The notes under the pieces are model-generated. The model was given only the letters and a program-made list of their open reading frames with translations. It was not told the origin of the DNA and did no database searches. A DNA stretch of 64,000 bases, taken from positions 2,046,001-2,110,000 of the forward strand of contig OZ024748.1 in assembly GCA_964016885.1 (NCBI GenBank), given 5' to 3'. A program made the position numbers and the translations under genes. Origin of the DNA: Eledone cirrhosa (taxonomy: Eukaryota). Numbering within the stretch: the first letter of the stretch is position 1; every line of letters begins with the position of its first letter. Below are positions 54,948-64,000 of this stretch, piece after piece.

Positions 54948-54990
54948 CGTATATATATATATATATATACGTATATATATATATATAGGT
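52660..54990. repeat. Very long interrupted (TA)n microsatellite
   Basis: Seen directly; interrupted by a unique island at ~54325-54480. Confidence 0.95.
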
Positions 54991-55132
54991 ATACATACAT
55001 GGATACACATTGCTATATTATATAGAGTAAAATAATATATTATGTATATATGTGCACACATGTATGTATGTATGTATGTATGTATGTATGTATGTATGTA
55101 TGTATGTGTGTAATCAAGACTGGGAAATCTTA

Positions 55133-55210
<78 letters not shown>

Positions 55211-55479
55211 ATCACACAAGTGCTAACATCCAACACATGCTAGCATAGAAAAACATTGTAAACTGATGAGGAAGATGAGCTGTAATGAAACCAAAAATAA
55301 ATTTTCAAAACTAAATGAATATCAAAATAAAATATCAAGTAGAATAATAAATAAAATAAAAAAAACAGTAAAACTGGAGATATTGGGTTACATGATCTGG
55401 TACTTAAGTCTTTCTAACATCTTACTTTTATCATACCACCTTACATACCTACCAACATTTCTAAAAGTTGTAGATTTGG

Positions 55480-55686
55480 AATATATATATATATATATAT
55501 ATGTGTGTGTATATATATATGTCTATGTATGTATATATATATATGTCTATGTATGTATATATATGTATGTCTACGTATGTATGTCTATGTATGTATATAT
55601 ATGTATGTATGTATATATATATGTATATATGTATATATATATGTATATATATTTATGTATATATATATGTGTATGTATATGTAAAG

Positions 55687-55717
<31 letters not shown>

Positions 55718-56021
55718 TGTATGTATGTATGTATGTATGTATGTATGTATGTATATATATATTTAATATATATATATACACATACATATGTATACTATAC
55801 ATATATATAATATATATATACACATACATACATATACATACCTATATATATACATATATATATATATGTATATATATAGGTATGTATATATATATATGTA
55901 TGTATGTGTATATATATATTCTATATATGTATGGGTATATAGATGTATGTGTATATAGATGTATGGGTATATAGATGTATGTGTATATACACGTTTATGT
56001 ATGTGTAGATATATATTTATG

Positions 56022-56057
<36 letters not shown>

Positions 56058-56238
56058 TATAGATATATGTATGTATGTATGTATGTATGTATATAGATAT
56101 ATGTATGTATGTATGTATGTATGTATATATATATATATAGATATATGTATGTATGTGTATATATATATATATATAGATATATGTATGTATGTGTATATAT
56201 ATATATATATAGATATATGTATGTATGTGTATATATAG

Positions 56239-56269
<31 letters not shown>

Positions 56270-56946
56270 GATAGATATATGTATGTATGTGTATATATAT
56301 ATATATAGATATATGTATGTATGTGTATATATAGATATATGTATGTATGTGTATATATATATATAGATATATGTATGTATGTCTATATATAGATATATGT
56401 ATGTGTATATATATATATAGATATATGTATGTGTATATATATATATAGATATATGTATGTATGTGTATATATATATATATAGATATATGTATGTATGTGT
56501 ATATATATATATATAGATATATGTATGTATGTGTATATATATATATATAGATATATGTATGTATGTGTATAGATATATGTATGTATGTATGTGTATATAT
56601 ATATAGATATATGTATGTATGTATGTGTATATATATATATAGATATATGTATGTATGTGTATATATATACATAGTTATATGCATGTATGTGTATATATAT
56701 ATATATGTATGTGTATGTATATATGTATGTATGTATATATATATATATATATGTATGTGTATATGTATATGTATGTATATATATATGTATATGTATGTAT
56801 ATATATATGTATATGTATGTATATATATATGTATATGTATGTATGTATATATATATATGTGTATGTATGTATGTATGTATATATGTATGTATGTATGTAT
56901 ATATATATGTATGTATATATATATGTATATATATGTATATGTATGT

Positions 56947-56984
<38 letters not shown>

Positions 56985-56989
56985 ATATA

Positions 56990-57034
<45 letters not shown>

Positions 57035-57190
57035 ATATATATGTATGTGTGTGTATATATATGTATGTATGTGTGTGTGTATATATGTATGTATGTGTGT
57101 GTGTATATATGTATGTATGTGTGTGTGTGTATATGTATATGTATGTATGTGTTAGATATATATATATATCTGTGTGTGTGTGTGTGTAAA
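55480..57190. repeat. Compound (TA)/(TATG)/(TAGA) microsatellite
   Basis: Seen directly in the sequence. Confidence 0.95.
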
Positions 57191-57329
57191 CCAAAACAAA
57201 AGTGTTAGCAGACCAAAGTTTTATAGTTGAGAACATTTTATATTTTGACTCCTTGTAAAGTGTGTTAAAATAACGTTGTTTATCTTAGTTGTATTATATA
57301 AATAAGGTTATTTTAGTTGTATACACATG

Positions 57330-59485
57330 CATGTACACACCACACTTACACATACACACGCTGGCTAACACATACATGTACACACCACACTTACACATAC
57401 ACACGCTGGCTAACACATACATGTACACACCACACTTACACATACACACACTGACTACCACATACATGTACACACCACACTTACACATACACACGCTGGC
57501 TAACACATACATGTACACACCACACTTACACATACACACACTGACTACCACATACATGTACACACCACACTTACACATACACACGCTGCCTACCATATAC
57601 ATGTACACACCACACTTACACATACACATGCTGACTAACATATACATGTACACACCACACTTACACATACACACACTGACTACCACATACATGTACACAC
57701 CACACTTACACATACACACACTGACTACCACATACATGTACACACCACACTTACACATACACACGCTGCCTACCATATACATGTACACACCACACTTACA
57801 CATACACACGCTGGCTAACACATACATGTACACACCACACTTACACATACACACGCTGGCTAACACATACATGTACACACCACACTTACACATACACACG
57901 CTGGCTAACACATACATGTACACACCACACTTACACATACACACGCTGGCTAACACATACATGTACACACCACACTTACACATACACACGCTGGCTAACA
58001 CATACATGTACACACCACACTTACACATACACACACTGACTACCACATACATGTACACACCACACACATACACACGCTGGCTAACACATACATGTACACA
58101 CCACACTTACACATACACACACTGACTACCACATACATGTACACACCACACTTACACATACACACGCTGCCTACCATATACATGTACACACCACACTTAC
58201 ACATACACACGCTGGCTAACACATACATGTACACACCACACTTACACATACACACGCTGGCTAACACATACATGTACACACCACACTTACACATACACAC
58301 GCTGGCTAACACATACATGTACACACCACACTTACACATACACACGCTGGCTAACACATACATGTACACACCACACTTACACATACACACGCTGGCTAAC
58401 ACATACATGTACACACCACACTTACACATACACACACTGACTACCACATACATGTACACACCACACTTACACATACACACGCTGGCTAACACATACATGT
58501 ACACACCACACTTACACATACACACACTGACTACCACATACATGTACACACCACACTTACACATACACACGCTGCCTACCATATACATGTACACACCACA
58601 CTTACACATACACATGCTGACTAACATATACATGTACACACCACACTTACACATACACACGCTGGCTAACACATACATGTACACACCACACTTACACATA
58701 CACACACTGACTACCACATACATGTACACACCACACTTACACATACACACGCTGCCTACCATATACATGTACACACCACACTTACACATACACATGCTGA
58801 CTAACATATACATGTACACACCACACTTACACATACACACGCTGGCTAACATATACATGTACACACCACACTTACACATACACACACTGGCTAACATATA
58901 CATGTACACACCACACTTACACATACACACGCTGGCTAACACATACATGTACACACCACACTTACACATACACACACTGGCTAACATATACATGTACACA
59001 CCACACTTACACATACACACACTGACTACCACATACATGTACACACCACACTTACACATATATATACACAGGCTAACACATACATGTACACACCACACTT
59101 ACACATACACACGCTGGCTAACACATACATGTACACACCACACTTACACATACACACACTGGCTAACATATACATGTACACACCACACTTACACATACAC
59201 ACGCTGGCTAACATATACATGTACACACCACACTTACACATACACACGCTGGCTAACACATACATGTACACACCACACTTACACATACACACACTGACTA
59301 CCACATACATGTACACACCACACTTACACATATATATACACAGGCTAACACATACATGTACACACCACACTTACACATACACACACTGACTACCACATAC
59401 ATGTACACACCACACTTACACATATATATACACAGGCTAACACATACATGTACACACCACACTTACACATACACACACTGACTAT
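57330..59485. repeat. 45-bp minisatellite (catgtacacaccacacttacacatacacac + variable 15 nt), ~48 copies
   Basis: 15-aa periodicity in the ORF track (MYTPHLHIHTLANTY and variants). Confidence 0.95.
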
Positions 59486-60004
59486 CACATATATGCAAAC
59501 ACATTTACACACATTGGCCTACATACACACACAGACCTGTACACTCACATGTATATATATATATACCCACACAGGCTTATATACATACACCCACTTATAT
59601 TAATGCACTCATATGCACCTATCCACACACACATGCACACATATATACATACATATCTACTTATATACATACTCCTTCTCATACAAACACCCACACAGCC
59701 ACCACCATTCCCCTCTCTCACACACATACACATCATTTCCAAGCTAATGAGCAATAAAAAGCAATCTTCCTCATGGCCCATTGCCACCACCATCACCACC
59801 ACTGTTACACCACCACTACTACTACACCATTACACCACCATCGCCATTAAACCACCACCACAATACTACTATACTACAACCTCTGCACTACCACCACCAC
59901 CACTATGATATTTCTATCCTCCCTGACTAAGATACTCGCCTGGCCTCACTGTTTATACTCACTGTGTAATATCAAGTTGATCCAGTGTAGGATTGTCTGT
60001 GGCT

Positions 60005-60801
60005 GGTTAATTCAAGCTCTATGACATGTCATAACTCTATATACTACTACTGTTGGGGTTAATCCAAGCTCTATGACATGTCATAACTCTATATACTGCT
60101 ACTGCTGGTTAATCCAAGCTCTATGACATGTCATAACTCTATATACTGCTACTGTTGGTTAATCCAAGCTCTATGACATGTCATAACTCTATATACTGCT
60201 ACTGCTGGTTAATCCAAGCTCTATGACATGTCATAACTCTATATACTGCTACTGTTGGTTAATCCAAGCTCTATGACATGTCATAACTCTATATACTGCT
60301 ACTGTTGGTTAATCCAAGCTCTATGACATGTCATAACTCTATATACTGCTACTGTTGGTTAATCCAAGCTCTATGACATGTCATAACTCTATATACTGCT
60401 ACTGTTGGTTAATCCAAGCTCTATGACATGTCATGACTCTATATACTGCTACTGTTGGTTAATCCAAGCTCTATGACATGTCATAACTCTATATACTGCT
60501 ACTGTTGGGGTTAATCCAAGCTCTATGACATGTCATAACTCTATATACTGCTACTGTTGGTTAATCCAAGCTATGTCATGTCATAACTCTATATACTACT
60601 ACTGTTGGGGTTAATCCAAGCTCTATGTCATGTCATAACTCTATATACTGCTACTGTTGGGGTTAATCCAAGCTCTATGACATGTCATAACTCTATATAC
60701 TGCTACTGTTGGTTAATCCAAGCTCTATGACATGTCATGACTCTATATACTACTACTGTTAGTTAATCCAAGCAGTATGACATGTCTTAACTCTATATAC
60801 T
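60005..60801. repeat. 50-bp minisatellite (ggttaatccaagctctatgacatgtcataactctatatactgctactgtt), ~16 copies
   Basis: Seen directly in the sequence. Confidence 0.95.
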
Positions 60802-61391
60802 CCTGTTGTCAACCAACATAGAACTTCTTATTCATTAGTCAGACTGATTCCTCAGATTTTGATAACAAAGAAACCAGTTTCACTTCTTCGTTGTTAAGCA
60901 GAACTTAGTTTCACCTTAGTTTCTCTTACTCTTGCAGGAGTTAATAGAAAATCAAACAAACAAACAAAAAAGTATGTGTATGTTTACATATATATATCTG
61001 TGTACATATATGTGTGTATAAATATGTATATATGTATATATATATGTGTGTATGCCATATATGTATGTGTGTATTTACATATGTGCACATATGAGATGCT
61101 ATGGAGTAGTTGGTATTAGGAAGGACATCCAGCCATAGAAACCATTTCAAAAGAGAGTTAACAGGACTGTTAAATCACATTATGTCAACCTCTCTAGTCC
61201 TGGTACCATAAAAAATGCATCTAGTGCATTCTGCAAAGTGGTTGGCATTGAGAAGGGCATACAACTATAGAAAACCTGCCAAATATAGTGTTGAGAGGAC
61301 TCATCAGTTGTGCCCTAGTGCTGGTGTCACGATAAAATACATCCAGTACACTCTGTAAAATGTAGGAACATACATAAATGAGATTGGGCTC

Positions 61392-62336
61392 CAACCCATC
61401 TGTGATGGCAGTGACTCAGATTGAGTGTGACAACCCATCTGTGACGGCAGTGGCTCAAATTGAGTGTGACAACCCATCTGTGATGGCAGTGGCTCAAATT
61501 GAGTGTGACAACCCATCTGTGATGGCAGTGGCTCAAATTGAGTGTGACAACCCATCTGTGATGGCAGTGGCTCAAATTGAGTGTGACAACCCATCTGTGA
61601 TGGCAGTGGCTCAAATTGAGTGTGACAACCCATCTGTGATGGCAGTGGCTCAAATTGAGTGTGACAACCCATCTGTGATGGCAGTGACTCAAATTGAGTG
61701 TGACAACCCATCTGTGATGGCAGTGACTCAAATTGAGTGTGACAACCCATCTGTGATGGCAGTGACTCAAATTGAGTGTGACAACCCATCTGTGATGGCA
61801 GTGGCTCAAATTGAGTGTGACAACCCATCTGTGACAGCAGTGGCTCAAATTGAGTGTGACAACCCATTTGTGATGGCAGTGGCTCAAATTGAGTGTGACA
61901 ACCCATCTGTGACGGCAGTGGCTCAAATTGAGTGTGACAACCCATCTGTGATGGCAGTGGCTCAAATTGAGTGTGACAACCCATCTGTGATGGCAGTGGC
62001 TCAAATTGAGTGTGACAACCCATCTGTGACGGCAGTGGCTCAAATTGAGTGTGACAACCCATCTGTGACGGCAGTGGCTCAAATTGAGTGTGACAACCCA
62101 TCTGTGATGGCAGTGACTCAAATTGAGTGTGACAACCCATCTGTGACGGCAGTGGCTCAAATTGAGTGTGACAACCCATCTGTGACGGCAGTGGCTCAAA
62201 TTGAGTGTGACAACCCATCTGTGACGGCAGTGGCTCAAATTGAGTGTGACAACCCATCTGTGATGGCAGTGACTCAAATTGAGTGTGACAACTCATCTGT
62301 GACGGCAGTGGCTCAAATTGAGTGTGACAACCCATC
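61392..62336. repeat. 39-bp minisatellite (aacccatctgtgatggcagtggctcaaattgagtgtgac), ~24 copies
   Basis: Seen directly; 13-aa periodicity in three ORFs. Confidence 0.95.
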
Positions 62337-62461
62337 CAATCATTTGGTGTTGGTTTTTCCATACTAGCATATACATAAATACACATATGTGTTGTAAATA
62401 CATATAGATTTCCACATACACACAAATATATATATACATATATAAATACACACACACTGAA

Positions 62462-62539
<78 letters not shown>

Positions 62540-62753
62540 AGTAAATAGAGAGAAAGAAAAAATGAAGAAGTATGCTTTAAACCACCTGACTGAATCAATA
62601 ATGTACAAAGTGGAAGTAACTGGACAATTGAGCTGTGGAATTGGTGTAATCTGGAATGGAATAATAGAATGAGAGAATGGAATGGAATATATTCCAAACA
62701 ATACAATAATGTTCTATCTCATTATCAACATATAGTTGTTTTTTTCCTTCTCA

Positions 62754-62872
<119 letters not shown>

Positions 62873-62950
62873 GGATATATTGCTATGGAAATTAAAAATT
62901 ACATTTGCACAAATACACACATTTCCAAGCATGCTTATACACACACACAC

Positions 62951-62990
<40 letters not shown>

Positions 62991-63538
62991 GGGTGGATTC
63001 CCAATGGGGATAAGGAAATTACCATACTTGGAAAAAAGCGCTCAATATGTTGGTAGAGTGTAGGTATCTTTATTTTATATAGGGATGACTTCTACAAGAT
63101 CAGCATTGTTTCATTTGTTCTGTAGAAGTAATTTCTCTCTACGTATAATAATACATGCACACATATTGATCTCAATAAGCTGAGAAATAAGCCAAATACT
63201 GGTTCATTTGGGAAGAAGACATATGAAGGGTAAACAGTTATGTATAGCCCCAGGTCAGCCTTAAATAAACAAACCTGTAATTAATGGTATTCCAGCTATG
63301 TTCATCTCACTATTCTCTCAGGCATTGCATGTCTAGGATTACAATATCCAATGTGTTGATCATTTTTCATGATGGTGAAGGGAGGAAGTTTTCTGTTTCA
63401 TGCTGTAATGATTTTGATAATTTGTATGTATTCCAGTCAATATATATATAGTTAGTATATCATTGACATTCCATGATCAACATTATATATCAATGGATGA
63501 TCTTTATTGATCTTTCTCCAGAAAGTCTCGTATATATT

Positions 63539-64000
63539 CCAGATCTAGAGAGCTAGGTAAACTGAAGCAATGTAAGACAAATTATTAGGTCCAGATCTGG
63601 ACAGCCAGGTAAACTGAAGCAATGTAAGACAAATTATTAGGTCCAGATCTGGACAGCCAGGTAAACTGAAGCAATGTAAGACAAATTATTAGGTCCAGAT
63701 CTGGACAGCCAGGTAAACTGAAGCAATGTAAGACAAATTGTTAGGTCCAGATCTGGATAACCAGGTAAACTGAAGCAATGTAAGACAAATTATTAGGTCC
63801 AGATCTGGACAGCCAGGTAAACTGAAGCAATGTAAGATAAATTGTTAGGTCCAGATCTGGACAGCCAGGTAAACTGAAGCAATGTAAGACAAATTGTTAG
63901 GTCCAGATCTGGATAACCAGGTAAACTGAAGCAATGTAAGACAAATTGTTAGGTCCAGATCTGGACAGCCAGGTAAACTGAAGCAATGTAAGACAAATTG
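63539..64000. repeat. 52-bp minisatellite (aggtccagatctggacagccaggtaaactgaagcaatgtaagacaaattRtt), ~9 copies, truncated by the window end
   Basis: Seen directly (agatct at 63541 and 63593). Confidence 0.95.

Noticed and set aside
55263-55292. CTGATGA...GAAAC spacing
   Set aside because: The intervening bases cannot form stem II; it lies in a family B SINE (gat)n tail.
44417-57236. Many long YI/CV/HT-rich ORFs
   Set aside because: Translations of (TA)n, (TG)n and (TATG)n microsatellites.
57289-59389. CRISPR-like constant-plus-variable pattern and long MYTPHLHIHT ORFs
   Set aside because: The variable parts are a handful of related point variants, not unique spacers; no cas genes; eukaryotic intron.
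60938-60971. Possible small exon (cttgcag...gtatgt)
   Set aside because: 34 nt of low-complexity sequence with no DGK similarity; nothing supports it.
62580-62680. Minus-strand FQITPIP after a pyrimidine-rich ccag, resembling the start of the DGK catalytic exon (QITP...PLLVFVNPKSGG)
   Set aside because: Wrong strand for this gene, and the conserved PLLVFxNPKSGG motif does not follow in frame; most likely chance.

Overview
AT-rich, repeat-dense animal genomic DNA. The SINE and microsatellite landscape suggests a coleoid cephalopod such as Octopus (inference, not database-checked). The window lies inside one large + strand gene, a type I diacylglycerol kinase (DGKA/B/G-like). Eleven GT-AG exons (10316-48733, 1007 nt, phases all compatible) splice into one open frame of about 335 codons: recoverin-homology region, two canonical EF-hands, C1A, C1B and a linker. 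I could not find the first coding exon or the catalytic-domain exons, so they probably lie outside the window. Nearly all long ORFs in the supplied track are micro/minisatellite artefacts. The introns hold several SINE families (some young, with TSDs), piggyBac-type and Tc1/mariner-type MITEs, a decayed pogo transposon and RTE-like LINE ends. The most notable observations are: (1) a ~360-bp element with 45-bp terminal inverted repeats inside a (TA)n tract that carries an antisense, slightly degenerate Penelope-type minimal hammerhead ribozyme; (2) several unrelated minisatellites whose units each contain palindromes; (3) intronic fold-backs and inverted SINE pairs that could form dsRNA; (4) a C1A domain lacking key DAG/phorbol-binding residues. 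There is no CRISPR array or prokaryotic system.
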